Notes: generated from the sequence alone by a model not told the origin. A stretch of 64,000 nt of DNA from an uncultured Candidatus Saccharibacteria bacterium (GCA_964583485.1 CAZOVC010000002.1:2959-66958), one strand, 5' to 3'. Shown: positions 20,132 to 30,069, numbered from the stretch's first letter. Made by a program: numbers and translations.

Positions 20132-21363
20132 GCTTTAACAAATTGTTCTCCTCTGTCAAATTCGTTCTCAAATAAATTAAAACTTGCTGCTCCGGGAGAA
20201 AGCAAAATAATATCTCCTTTTTGAGCCAAGCTCCTTGCCCTTTTAACTGCTTCTTTCATAGACCTTGCAGAAAAAGCAGGGACCCGGGTCTCTGTCAGCT
20301 CCCTTTTCAATTTATCAGAAGCTGTTCCCGGCAATAAAATAAGATGTTCTACGTTCTTTTTTATCTCTTTAGCTAATTGTTTGTAGTTTAATTTCTTGTC
20401 TTGACCACCGGCAATAAGGATAATTCTTGAAGTGGAAAACCTCTTTATTGCCAATATAGCTGATTGGGGCGTGGTAGCGGTAGTATCGTTAATATACTTT
20501 ACTTCATTTTTTATCGCAACCAGTTCTTGCCTATTGGGAACACCTCTAAAATTAGAAAGAACTTTTTTAATGTTCTTTTTGGGAATTTTGAAAATTTTAG
20601 CAACAGAAACAGCGGCGGAAATGTTGGAATCCCTGAAAAAATAAACTTTTGACAGCGCTTCTTTGGCCAGATTTCTTGTTTCAGGATTATTATAATTTAG
20701 AATTAAAATATCGTTTTTCTTCTGATATTTAAAAATCGACTTCTTTGCTTCAATATAGTCATTAAAGTTTTTATATCTATTTAAATGGTCTGGAAAAAGA
20801 GTGGTGATAACGGCTATATGAGGACTTTTCTTTAAATCCTCTAACTCAAAACTGGAAAGTTCCAAGACAACTTTTGTTTTTTTATTTACCCTGCCTAAAA
20901 CCTCCAGGGGCGAGATTCCGATGTTTCCGGCCAAAACAGTATTTGGAAACTTAGTTTCCAAAAATAAATAAATAAGAGTGGCGGTGGTTGATTTGCCTTT
21001 AGTGCCGGTAATTCCAATAATTGACGCCGGGCATAAATCAAAAAATATATCTATGTCTGTTTTTACAGAAATATTATTATCTTTGGCGATTTTTAAATAT
21101 TTAGATTCTCTAAAAACACCAGGGTTCTTGATAATTAAATCAGCATTAATAAAATCTTCTTTTCTGTGTTTACCTAATACAAATTTAACCCGGTTAAGTT
21201 TTTTAAGTTTTTTAATTGACTCTTTCAGTTCCTTTCTGGTTTTCAAATCAGTAACTAAAACTTTAGCTCCTTGTTTATGGAAAAACTTAGCAGCGCCAAC
21301 TCCCCCGCCGAGCAAACCCAACCCCATAATCACAATCTTTTTGTTTTTAAATAATTTTTTCAT
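20110..21363 (-). CDS. murD: MurD ligase
   Basis: GLGLLGGG, GITGTKGKSTT, ELSSF, DHLNRY and LSPGAASF..F motifs. Confidence 0.96.
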   Translation of the reverse strand: MKKLFKNKKIVIMGLGLLGGGVGAAKFFHKQGAKVLVTDLKTRKELKESIKKLKKLNRVKFVLGKHRKEDFINADLIIKNPGVFRESKYLKIAKDNNISVKTDIDIFFDLCPASIIGITGTKGKSTTATLIYLFLETKFPNTVLAGNIGISPLEVLGRVNKKTKVVLELSSFELEDLKKSPHIAVITTLFPDHLNRYKNFNDYIEAKKSIFKYQKKNDILILNYNNPETRNLAKEALSKVYFFRDSNISAAVSVAKIFKIPKKNIKKVLSNFRGVPNRQELVAIKNEVKYINDTTATTPQSAILAIKRFSTSRIILIAGGQDKKLNYKQLAKEIKKNVEHLILLPGTASDKLKRELTETRVPAFSARSMKEAVKRARSLAQKGDIILLSPGAASFNLFENEFDRGEQFVKAIRELFS

Positions 21364-21364
21364 A

Positions 21365-22153
21365 TTAAAACGGGTCCCTTATTATTGGTTTAATTTCTTG
21401 GTTTAAACAAAATTTGCTTATCTTTTTTAAATTATAGGGCTGGTCGCTGAAGAAAAATTGGTGCTTGCCGACGGCCGAAGATTCAACGAATGCGGGATTA
21501 TTTTTCAAAAATAATTTAAGCTCTTTTGCCAAGCTTTTTGCCGGATTGACAATTCTGATTTTTTCTCCGATTTCTTTTCTTATCGCTTTTTCCAACATCG
21601 GATAATGAGTGCAAGCTAAAATTAAAGTGTCCACTTCCCTATTTTTGAATTCCTTCAAATATTTTTTAACTATCTCTTTGATTATTTCCCCATCAATCCA
21701 GCCCTCTTCAACCAAAGGAACAAACAAAGGACAAGGTTTTGAATAAATTTTCAGATTTGGCTCTAATGCTAAAAGTTTCTTTTCCCAAGCGCCGCTTTTT
21801 ATTGTCCCTGGCGTGCCGATAATCCCAATTTTTTTATTTCTGGTTGTTAAAATGGCTTCTTTTGCCCCTGGGCTTATCATCTCAAAAATCGGCACTCTTT
21901 TAAATTCTTTTTTCAGTAAATCGGTTGCCCAGGCCGAAGAAGTATGGCAGGCAACAACAATAATTTTAGCTCCTTTTGCTAAAAGCCATTCCGTTATTTT
22001 TACTGAATATCTCCGGACAAAATCAGCCCCTTTAGTGCCGTAAGGCAAACGGGCTGTGTCGCCGAAATAAATTATCTGGCAATCGGACAGTTCTTTAAAA
22101 ATCTCTTTGACAACCGACAACCCCCCAACCCCAGAATCAAAAATTCCAATCAT
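21365..22153 (-). CDS. murI: Glutamate racemase
   Basis: FDSGVGGLSV, PYGTK, ACHT and LACTHYP motifs. Confidence 0.97.
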   Translation of the reverse strand: MIGIFDSGVGGLSVVKEIFKELSDCQIIYFGDTARLPYGTKGADFVRRYSVKITEWLLAKGAKIIVVACHTSSAWATDLLKKEFKRVPIFEMISPGAKEAILTTRNKKIGIIGTPGTIKSGAWEKKLLALEPNLKIYSKPCPLFVPLVEEGWIDGEIIKEIVKKYLKEFKNREVDTLILACTHYPMLEKAIRKEIGEKIRIVNPAKSLAKELKLFLKNNPAFVESSAVGKHQFFFSDQPYNLKKISKFCLNQEIKPIIRDPF

Positions 22154-22265
22154 TATTTCAGTATATTAAAAAAACATTCATTTGACAAATTTTGGCAAAA
22201 AAGATAAACTCTTTAAGTAGACGTTAACAAGTTAAAATTTGTTCTTTAAAATAGAAAGGTTAAAT

Positions 22266-22952
22266 ATGGTGAATAGAATAAGAAGAATAATAAGAAGAAA
22301 GAAAAGAAACGCCCGCTATAGACTAAATATATTTTGGTTTAAAAAAAAGAAAGAATTCAGTATAGATAATTTAATTATTATTACCAATCCTGTGTACACT
22401 GATGATTTTAGAATAAGAAAAAGAGCGCTTAGAGAATTCTTAGCAAGAACGGATAAGGTGTTTGAAGAATTTTCTCGCATGCTTAACGCGGCTCGGGACA
22501 TCTTGGAGAAAGACGAACCGCTAAAACAAGGGTTCTGGGATCAATTTTTAGGCATACGCACTGTTGATAATTTTGCCGAATTGATTTACGCGGGCGAAGC
22601 TATGGCGGCCGAAAGATTCACTCAAGACATCAAGAGCGGAGTTATAATTCCTAAACAGGCTAAAAAGGTATGGATATCCCTTTTTATAAAATTTACGGAT
22701 GAAAATTCGAGAAAGAATATATGGAATAAAATTAAGCGGTTTAATCCGGAGGATAGAGAAATAAAAAGCCTATTTGATATGGATGGAAATCAAGAAATTA
22801 TGCGCTCGCTTCCCAAAATAGCCGCCGAAGTAAGAAAGATTCTTAAACAGAATAAAAAAATAGAAGATAAAAGAAAAGGACTTCTTAGCGATCTAAGAAA
22901 ATTTATTGACGCCGCAATAAAAGAAAAAGAGGCAAAACAAAAGCAGGAATAA
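22266..22952 (+). CDS. Orphan basic protein in solo cassette
   Basis: TTGACA-17-TAAACT at 22182-22210; GAAAGG SD before ATG 22266. Confidence 0.65.
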   Translation: MVNRIRRIIRRKKRNARYRLNIFWFKKKKEFSIDNLIIITNPVYTDDFRIRKRALREFLARTDKVFEEFSRMLNAARDILEKDEPLKQGFWDQFLGIRTVDNFAELIYAGEAMAAERFTQDIKSGVIIPKQAKKVWISLFIKFTDENSRKNIWNKIKRFNPEDREIKSLFDMDGNQEIMRSLPKIAAEVRKILKQNKKIEDKRKGLLSDLRKFIDAAIKEKEAKQKQE

Positions 22953-22977
22953 AGGAATACCCTGCTTTTTTTATTTT

Positions 22978-24036
22978 TTAGCCGAGGAGACGAATGGCGA
23001 CGCCGATGATTGCCATTACAACTCCAATTACCCAAAAGCGCATTGTGATTTTAGAATAAGGCCAGCCCCTGGCTTCAAAATGATGATGAATCGGAGCTGC
23101 TAAGAAAACTTTTTTCTTTCTGAATTTTTTTGACAAAAGTTGAATAATTACAGAACCAGACTCAATAACAAGCAAAAAACCGATTATTGGCAAAACTAAA
23201 ATAGAATCAGTTAAAAAAGCAACTACTGTTAAAGCGCAGCAAAGGCCCAGCATTCCGGTCTCTCCCATATAAAATCTGGCCGGCGGGATATTAAACCATA
23301 AGAAAGCTAAAATTGCTCCGGCGATTACAGCGCAAAAAGCAGCTAAATCAATCTGGCCGTTAAACAAAGCAATACCTCCAAAAGCAGCAAAGATTACAGC
23401 AAAAGCTCCTCCAGCCAAACCGTCTAAACCATCAATTACTCCTCCGCTGTAGGTTGCCAGCATTATTAAAACAAAAAGAGGAACATACCAGAGACCTATA
23501 AAGAAATCTCCATTCCCGGGAATATGAATAGTGCTGTATCCTAATTTGTAATAAAACCAATAAGCTCCGATTAACCCGATTAAAGTAACTAAGATTAATC
23601 TGTATTTTAACATTAAGCCGCCTCCGATATATTTACCCATTTTTAACACTTGCAAAACGTCATCTAAAAGCCCTACTAAAGAAGCTGCAATTAAGGCAAA
23701 AAGGGGCAGCCAGGTTTGAGACCTGCTTAAAAAGTTTAGCTTTTTAAACCACCAAATATCTGTTTTAGACAATAAGAAAAAAAGAACAGCTAAGATTAAA
23801 ACACTTGTCCAAATAAGAAGTCCTCCAAATCTTGGAACATGGACTTCTTTTTCAGAATGAAATTTCTTAAAGAAAAAAAGCTCTTTATTATCTATTGATT
23901 TAGTTCTAATTTCTTTTCTCCAAAGCTTGTACTTATACAAGAAATGAGTAAGAATCGGGGTCAACCAAAAAGCTAAAATAAAGCTCATTGCTCCAAGCAT
24001 AAAAATTTTAATAACATTTATCGTAATCTCGTTCAT
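22978..24036 (-). CDS. mraY: MraY translocase
   Basis: PRFGG, GLLDD, DGLDGLA, FYMGETG and APIHHHFE motifs. Confidence 0.95.
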   Translation of the reverse strand: MNEITINVIKIFMLGAMSFILAFWLTPILTHFLYKYKLWRKEIRTKSIDNKELFFFKKFHSEKEVHVPRFGGLLIWTSVLILAVLFFLLSKTDIWWFKKLNFLSRSQTWLPLFALIAASLVGLLDDVLQVLKMGKYIGGGLMLKYRLILVTLIGLIGAYWFYYKLGYSTIHIPGNGDFFIGLWYVPLFVLIMLATYSGGVIDGLDGLAGGAFAVIFAAFGGIALFNGQIDLAAFCAVIAGAILAFLWFNIPPARFYMGETGMLGLCCALTVVAFLTDSILVLPIIGFLLVIESGSVIIQLLSKKFRKKKVFLAAPIHHHFEARGWPYSKITMRFWVIGVVMAIIGVAIRLLG

Positions 24037-24075
24037 TGTCTTATTATAGTATTTTAATAAAAACCATGCAAACTA

Positions 24076-24104
24076 TTGACAAATTTAAACAATGGGTGTA
24101 TAAT
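24076..24104 (+). promoter_or_regulatory. Consensus sigma70 promoter
   Basis: TTGACA-17-TATAAT. Confidence 0.75.
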
Positions 24105-24170
24105 GTAGGTAGTTATTTCCACCATAATTAAGAAACTGGAAAGAAAAACTCTTTTTTAGGAGACATAACA

Positions 24171-24545
24171 ATGGTAGAAGAAAAAGCTCTTTCAATGAAG
24201 GAAGCGAAAGAAAAGTTGGCTGAACTGAAAAAACATATGCCTAAAGCCAGCGGTGAAATTGTCTACAAATTCGGACGTTTTCTCGCAGAACGCCTTAATC
24301 CTCAATTAGTCCCGCAGGGCTTTGTAATGGCTTGTGAACTCGCTCTTTACGATTTGCAAGAGGGAATAGATGGCTACAGTAATCAACCCATTCAAAGCAG
24401 CCTTGTTGGCTATCCACCAATGATTTATGGTCTTCTCCGTATGGAGATTCCGAGAATCGCCGAGGCAATCTTCCCAGAGGACTTTGCAACAAGCGTAAAG
24501 ACTATATTTGAGGAAATCAAGGCAACAATGCGAGAAAAAAAGTAG
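24171..24545 (+). CDS. Orphan protein in solo cassette
   Basis: AGGAG SD; terminator GCCAGTTG..CAACTGGC plus T-run near 24572-24601. Confidence 0.75.
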   Translation: MVEEKALSMKEAKEKLAELKKHMPKASGEIVYKFGRFLAERLNPQLVPQGFVMACELALYDLQEGIDGYSNQPIQSSLVGYPPMIYGLLRMEIPRIAEAIFPEDFATSVKTIFEEIKATMREKK

Positions 24546-24872
24546 TCTTCAACAATGCACTAAAAGGCTTTGCCAGTTGTCCCAAACAACTGGCTTTTTT
24601 TATACAAGAACTTTCTCATTCCGCCATTTTAATAAAAAACAAGCTTTTGGCTTGTTATATTTTAACCTCTATCTGAAATGGAATAATAGTCGTAAAGTGT
24701 TGGCTAAAAACCACATATCGTAATATCCGGCATATTTTAATTATAATATTTTGACAGGTTTTGACAATGGTATTGGTTTTTGATAAAATTAAAATAGAAT
24801 CATTATGAAAAAGCATGCTCTATTTAGAGGTGCTTTTTCTTTATAAACTGTTCGACACCGAGTGTCTAACAT

Positions 24873-25823
24873 CTATCTAATTGCGTTGATGAATTTGCGT
24901 GTTTCTGCGAAGCGGTCTTCGGCGCCTAAAACAATACTAACAAAATAACTTCCTTCTTCTTCTGGATTATCTAAAACCAAAAGCAAACAACCGCCAGCTT
25001 CAATACCCCAACCGGTCTTTCCTCCAATTATCTCTGGAATTTCTCTTAAAAGTTCATTAGTATTTTCAGGAATAAAGTGATGAAACGTATTATCTAAGTT
25101 TAAAACTTCATAAGATTGATTGGTTGTGATTTCAAAAATTTGAGGATAATTTACCAATATATATTTTGCAAGTTTCACAATATCTCTAACAGTTGAAACA
25201 TTTTTTAATTCTTCGGGATTATCCGGCTCAAGGCCAGTAGGATTAACAAAATAAGTGTTTTCAAGCCCTATTTTTTTAGAATAAAGATTCATTAACTCAA
25301 CAAATCCTTGCCTGCCAATCGGTTCAGTTAAAGCAAAAGCGGCATCATTGCTTGACTCAATCAATGCGATATACAAAAGGTTTTTAACTGACAAGCTCTC
25401 ACCTATTTTTAATTCTCCATATTTAGATTTGCCTTCCTGCTCTACTGCTTCTTTCGTTATTTTAACTGGTTGAGATTCAGTATAAACTTCATCAAGATCA
25501 AAAACTACCAAAGCTGTCATTAGTTTAGTTAAAGAAGCAATGGCCAATGATTCTTGAGGGTCTTTTTCAAATAAAATCTTCTCCTGACCATTTTCATTAA
25601 TCTTAACTAAAATTGCGGCTTTGGCATTAATTTCTAAAGATTTAAAGCGTTGCTGAAGCTCTTTTTCTAATTTTAATTCTTCGGTCTGCCTATTTGAAAT
25701 TCTTAAACTTCTGTTTAATTCTTCTTCAAACCAAGAATCTTGTAGATTTTCTGCCAAAACATTCATTCCCCACCAAAAAGGCAGGCTCAAAACAAGAGAA
25801 ATTAATAAAATTTTTAATCTCAT
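24873..25823 (-). CDS. dacA: D-Ala-D-Ala carboxypeptidase (peptidase S11)
   Basis: SLTK, SSN, NPTGL and KTG motifs. Confidence 0.92.
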   Translation of the reverse strand: MRLKILLISLVLSLPFWWGMNVLAENLQDSWFEEELNRSLRISNRQTEELKLEKELQQRFKSLEINAKAAILVKINENGQEKILFEKDPQESLAIASLTKLMTALVVFDLDEVYTESQPVKITKEAVEQEGKSKYGELKIGESLSVKNLLYIALIESSNDAAFALTEPIGRQGFVELMNLYSKKIGLENTYFVNPTGLEPDNPEELKNVSTVRDIVKLAKYILVNYPQIFEITTNQSYEVLNLDNTFHHFIPENTNELLREIPEIIGGKTGWGIEAGGCLLLVLDNPEEEGSYFVSIVLGAEDRFAETRKFINAIR

Positions 25824-27226
25824 TTTATTTTTATTTTCAATTCTTTTAATTGTTCTTCTGAAATCTCTGAAGGAGCATCCATCATTAAATCCCTGCTATC
25901 CCCTGTTTTTGGAAAAGCAATAACCTCTCTAATATTTGGTTCTTTAAACAAAATAGCTAAAAACCTATCCAGCCCGGGAGCAATTCCGCCATGAGGCGGT
26001 ACGCCATATTGAAAAGCTCTTAATATATGACCGAATTTATCTTTAATATCCTTTTTCTTGTATCCGATTATCTCAAATACTGCTCCCAGAGCTTCGGATT
26101 TATGGTTTCTTATACTCCCCCCTCCTATTTCTGAACCATTTAATACAATGTCATATTGAGTAGTTAAAATGTTTTTAATATTCTTTTTCTTTAGCAAATC
26201 ATGCCTAAACTCTGGTTTTGGAGCTGAAAAGGGATTATGAGTAAAAGTCCATTTATTCTTATCATCTTTTTCAAAAAATGGAAAATCAACTACCCAGCAA
26301 AAGGCCAGCAAATCAGGATTATCTTTGTCCTTGCGTAAATCGGGCCTATCGCTCTTATGCTTTTTCATTGCTTTTTCATAAGTGAGTCGCGGAAAAGGAA
26401 TTTCTTGAATTTTCTTTTCAGGATATAGTTTTTTAACTAAAGTAATAAACAAATTTTCAGTTAAGCGCATTACATCTTTTTGTTCTACAAAAGACATTTC
26501 TATATCTAATTGAGTATGCTCGGGCTGTCGGTCGCCTCTTGGATCTTCATCGCGAAGACAATGAGCAATTTGAAAATATCTTTCAAAGCCAGCAATTTGC
26601 AATAATTGCTTATACTGCTGGGGCGACTGCGGCAAGGCAAAAAACTTGCCTGGCTGCAATCTGGAAGGAACTACAAAATCGCGAGCTCCTTCTGGGGTTG
26701 ACTTGGTTAAAATAGGTGTTTCAATCTCAATAAATTTCTCTTTTTGCAAAAAATCACGCATAAACTGAATAACTCTCTGTCTTTCTATCATATTCTTTCT
26801 TAATCTTTCCCTTCTTAAATCCAAATAGCGGTATTTCATTCTCTTTTCCTCATTTATCTCATATCCATTTCCGTCAATAGAAAAAGGCAGGGTTTTTGCT
26901 TTAGATAAAACTTTCAAATTTTCAATTGAAACTTCTATTTTTCCAGTTTCAATTTTCGGATTCACCATTTTAGGAGGCCGATTAGAAACCCTTCCTACTG
27001 CCTCAATAACCCATTCGGGCCGAATTTCTTTAGCAATATCTGAAGTATCTACCAATTGAACAATCCCGCTCATATCGCGAAGGTCAATAAAAATAATCTT
27101 GCCGTGCGACCTTATAGAATTAACCCATCCGCAAACTTTCACGCTTTTACCAAGATATTTAGTTGTTTCTTTATTAACAATTCTTTCCATTAAATTCATT
27201 ATATACAAATTTCTTAAACTTGACAA
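25820..27226 (-). CDS. aspS: Aspartate--tRNA ligase, short form lacking the bacterial insertion domain (likely non-discriminating)
   Basis: RSHGKIIFIDLRD, STPEGARDF, LPQSPQ and PPHGGIAPG motifs; true start probably near 27190-27199. Confidence 0.95.
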   Translation of the reverse strand: MSSLRNLYIMNLMERIVNKETTKYLGKSVKVCGWVNSIRSHGKIIFIDLRDMSGIVQLVDTSDIAKEIRPEWVIEAVGRVSNRPPKMVNPKIETGKIEVSIENLKVLSKAKTLPFSIDGNGYEINEEKRMKYRYLDLRRERLRKNMIERQRVIQFMRDFLQKEKFIEIETPILTKSTPEGARDFVVPSRLQPGKFFALPQSPQQYKQLLQIAGFERYFQIAHCLRDEDPRGDRQPEHTQLDIEMSFVEQKDVMRLTENLFITLVKKLYPEKKIQEIPFPRLTYEKAMKKHKSDRPDLRKDKDNPDLLAFCWVVDFPFFEKDDKNKWTFTHNPFSAPKPEFRHDLLKKKNIKNILTTQYDIVLNGSEIGGGSIRNHKSEALGAVFEIIGYKKKDIKDKFGHILRAFQYGVPPHGGIAPGLDRFLAILFKEPNIREVIAFPKTGDSRDLMMDAPSEISEEQLKELKIKIK

Positions 27227-27312
27227 ACGTTATTGCTTTGCTAACATTAAAATAGCTGTTTTAAACAATTTAACCGGGTAAATAAGGATTTTGTTTTGAA
27301 AGGAATCAAGAA

Positions 27313-27498
27313 ATGTTAATACTAAGCAGACAAAGAGATGAGTCAATTATGATCGGTGATGATGTAGAGATCATTATCGTGGATGTCAGAGGCGGCAAAG
27401 TGCGTCTTGGAATTACAGCCCCAAGGGCAGTTCCTGTGCACCGAAGAGAGATTTATGACGCGATTCAACTAGAGAAAAAAGAAAAGTGCGATAGTTAA
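27313..27498 (+). CDS. csrA: Carbon storage regulator CsrA
   Basis: MLILSR..ESIMIGD..V.LGI.AP..VPVHR.E signature. Confidence 0.95.
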   Translation: MLILSRQRDESIMIGDDVEIIIVDVRGGKVRLGITAPRAVPVHRREIYDAIQLEKKEKCDS

Positions 27499-27526
27499 AC
27501 TATCGCACTCTTTTTTTTATCTTAAT

Positions 27527-27679
27527 TTACATTGCTGGTCCGCCTGGCGGCGTTGTTGGCGGCGTCATAGGCGGTCCGCCTCCTTCTTTTTTCTTGAAAA
27601 TCTTATCCTTAAAGATATAAAGCAATATTGCTACTATCACCACAGCGGCTACGATTATTCCAATAGTTGTGGAACTCAT
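27527..27679 (-). CDS. 50-aa single-TM peptide with Pro/Gly-rich tail (not in ORF track)
   Basis: Manual translation MSSTTIGIIVAAVVIVAILLYIFKDKIFKKKEGGGPPMTPPTTPPGGPAM. Confidence 0.6.
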   Translation of the reverse strand: MSSTTIGIIVAAVVIVAILLYIFKDKIFKKKEGGGPPMTPPTTPPGGPAM

Positions 27680-27737
27680 AATTTTTAAAAATTAATATCT
27701 TTGTTAAGACCTTTCTTTTTTAATTTTCTCTTTTTTA

Positions 27738-28925
27738 TCAAACCTTGTCAAGTAATTTATACACATCTCCTGCGCCCATAATTATTACTACTTCCCCGCC
27801 CTTTAAATTTCTTTTCAAATAATCCTTTATTTTTTCTTTTGGCAAATATAATTTTTCAGCTTTTTTAATCTTTTTAACTAATTCTTTTGAACTTATTTTT
27901 TCTTTTATTTCCTTTTTTTCTCTGCCAGCCACATCATAAATATCAGTAATTATTAATTTATCTATTAAAGCATTAGAAAAAACTCTGACAAAATCATTAA
28001 ATAAATAAAAGGTTCTTTGGTATTGATGGGGCTGAAAAATACACCAGATTTCTTTATCTGGGAATTTCTCTCTGGCTGCTTGCAGCGTTGCTTTTACCTC
28101 TGTTGGGTGGTGGGCATAATCAGAAATAAACGTTGTCTTCCCCTTTTTTATAATCTCAAAACGTCGCCAAACTCCTTTATATTCTGACAATGCCTGAAAA
28201 GAAACTTTATCTGAAACTCCCAATGCCCTAGCTGTATTTAGAGCTGCTAATGCATTATAAATATTATGCTCTCCGGGAACCTGCAAAATTTCTTTTAATT
28301 TTTCTGCTTCTTTTTGTTTTAAACTATATTTTCTGGCATCTATCAAAACACCGTGTTTTGGCAAATGTGAAATAAACTTTTTATATGTCTTTAAAATATG
28401 GTCTAAATCTCTATAATAATCCAGATGTTCTCTTTCAATGTTAGTTAAAACAATAATTTTAGGCCAATAATTTAAAAAAGAGGCCTGCCATTCATCTGCT
28501 TCAATAACAAGATATTTGCTCTTCCCTATTCTAAAATTATTCCCATGAAATTCTTTTAATTTAGTGCCGATAATCACGGTTGGGTCAAGCTCTGCTTTCA
28601 TTAAAATTAAAGCAATCATTGCGCAGGTTGTGCTTTTGCCATGAGTGCCAGAAACAGCGACAGTAAAGTATTCTTTAGTAAGCTCTCCCAATGCTTGGGG
28701 GTAGGTCTGAATTTTAATTTTAAGCTTCTTTGCCTGTTTAATTTCAGGATTATCTGGTGTGATTGCTGGACTATGAATTACTAAATCAGCATCTTTAGGC
28801 ACATTCTTAGTTTTATGAGGCCCTAAAGCAAGATCAGAGCCGGTAATTTTATGGCCCTTTGCTAAATAATATCCTGCCAGAGCGCTAACTCCAATACCAC
28901 CTATACCAATAAAATGTATTTTCAT
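27738..28925 (-). CDS. murC: MurC ligase
   Basis: GIGGIGVS, GTHGKSTT, EADE, DYAHHPTE, FQPH and MGAG motifs. Confidence 0.96.
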   Translation of the reverse strand: MKIHFIGIGGIGVSALAGYYLAKGHKITGSDLALGPHKTKNVPKDADLVIHSPAITPDNPEIKQAKKLKIKIQTYPQALGELTKEYFTVAVSGTHGKSTTCAMIALILMKAELDPTVIIGTKLKEFHGNNFRIGKSKYLVIEADEWQASFLNYWPKIIVLTNIEREHLDYYRDLDHILKTYKKFISHLPKHGVLIDARKYSLKQKEAEKLKEILQVPGEHNIYNALAALNTARALGVSDKVSFQALSEYKGVWRRFEIIKKGKTTFISDYAHHPTEVKATLQAAREKFPDKEIWCIFQPHQYQRTFYLFNDFVRVFSNALIDKLIITDIYDVAGREKKEIKEKISSKELVKKIKKAEKLYLPKEKIKDYLKRNLKGGEVVIIMGAGDVYKLLDKV

Positions 28926-29479
28926 AATAAGTTTGCTGATTCAAGTATGATATATTCCGGTCCTCCCCTCTTTAACACGCTTTCCATTATTTCAATTGAA
29001 TCAACTGGAAAACTCAAACCTATTTCTTCATCAACGCTGGGCGCCTCTTCCGGCTCAATCCTCTGCCATTCCCATTTTCTAATCCTTCCTAAAGTAATGT
29101 GAGGAGAAAACTGTCTTTTTTCTGAGATAGTTAAAGATTTATCCAAATCATCTTTAAGAGAAGCAAATTCTTCTGATTTCTCCCCCATTGCCCAAACCAT
29201 GCGAGGAACTTGCCCGGAACGAAGCCGAAGAGGGCCATAGCATATTTTAATTAAATTAACAGAAAATGATGAATGCCTGGAACCAGCTTCTTTTACAGCT
29301 TTACAAACTTCTACAAGTTCTTCATCTGTAATATATCCTAAAAAAGCCAAAGTAATATGAATATTATTTAACTTTGTCCATTTGATTGGAAGTTCCGGCC
29401 ATTTCTCTTTATATCCTGCTAACTTCTTCTTAACATCTTCTGGTAAATTTATAGCAATAAATATTCTCCGCCTTTTCAT
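28922..29479 (-). CDS. thpR: RNA 2',3'-cyclic phosphodiesterase (2H family)
   Basis: RIFIAI and two HITL motifs. Confidence 0.93.
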   Translation of the reverse strand: MKRRRIFIAINLPEDVKKKLAGYKEKWPELPIKWTKLNNIHITLAFLGYITDEELVEVCKAVKEAGSRHSSFSVNLIKICYGPLRLRSGQVPRMVWAMGEKSEEFASLKDDLDKSLTISEKRQFSPHITLGRIRKWEWQRIEPEEAPSVDEEIGLSFPVDSIEIMESVLKRGGPEYIILESANLL

Positions 29480-29577
29480 TACTTAATCTTGACACAACTC
29501 TAATAAAATGTAAAATACGATATTAGCTCATTTGTCTAAATTAACCAGAACTTTAACATTTTTGAAAGGACAAGAAA

Positions 29578-29847
29578 ATGGAAAAAGGAATATTGTTTTT
29601 ACTTCCAAAAAGAAGGGGATTAGAACGCTTGGCCATATCAGAAGGTTCTGATGCTAAAAACGCAACTAAATTTAAAGTCCGCACTTTAGCATTTCCTAAG
29701 AATGTAGTTTCTGTCAACTCCCTTGAACCAGCAGAGCCGTTGATACATACCAATAGAAAAAAGGTTGGAAAGGATATAAAAAAGGCTTTAAAGGTTCATG
29801 GTCCAACCATAATCCGTTACCTTCTAGAAAGGATAGAAAGGACATAA
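29578..29847 (+). CDS. Orphan basic protein in solo cassette
   Basis: TTGACA-16-TAAAAT at 29489-29516, GAAAGGA SD, terminator near 29888-29919. Confidence 0.6.
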   Translation: MEKGILFLLPKRRGLERLAISEGSDAKNATKFKVRTLAFPKNVVSVNSLEPAEPLIHTNRKKVGKDIKKALKVHGPTIIRYLLERIERT

Positions 29848-30031
29848 AAAAACCAAGGCAGAAATCTTATTTTTTGAATAAATCACAAAAAGCTCAAGTC
29901 AAACGATTTGAGCTTTTTCTTTTTTATATTTCTTATATTTTTTATATTTCTTTTCTATCTATATTCAATATATAATATATTCATATTCACTATATTAATA
30001 TTCACTATATTCAATTATTCAATTAAATTCT

Positions 30032-30069
30032 ACAAACTACTACACTACGTAGTGTTGTAGTTTATGGAA
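30032..30069. repeat. Left palindromic inverted repeat flanking TrpR-like gene
   Basis: 34/38 identical to the reverse complement of 30658-30695; core ACTACGTAGT. Confidence 0.9.

Noticed and set aside
24600-24735. Leaderless-looking frame MPDITICGF* with several stops
   Set aside because: Possibly a decayed gene, but no homology recognised and no other sign of stop recoding.
29960-30025. ATATTCA-like iterated sequence (iterons?)
   Set aside because: Irregular low-complexity AT-rich DNA with no replication gene nearby.
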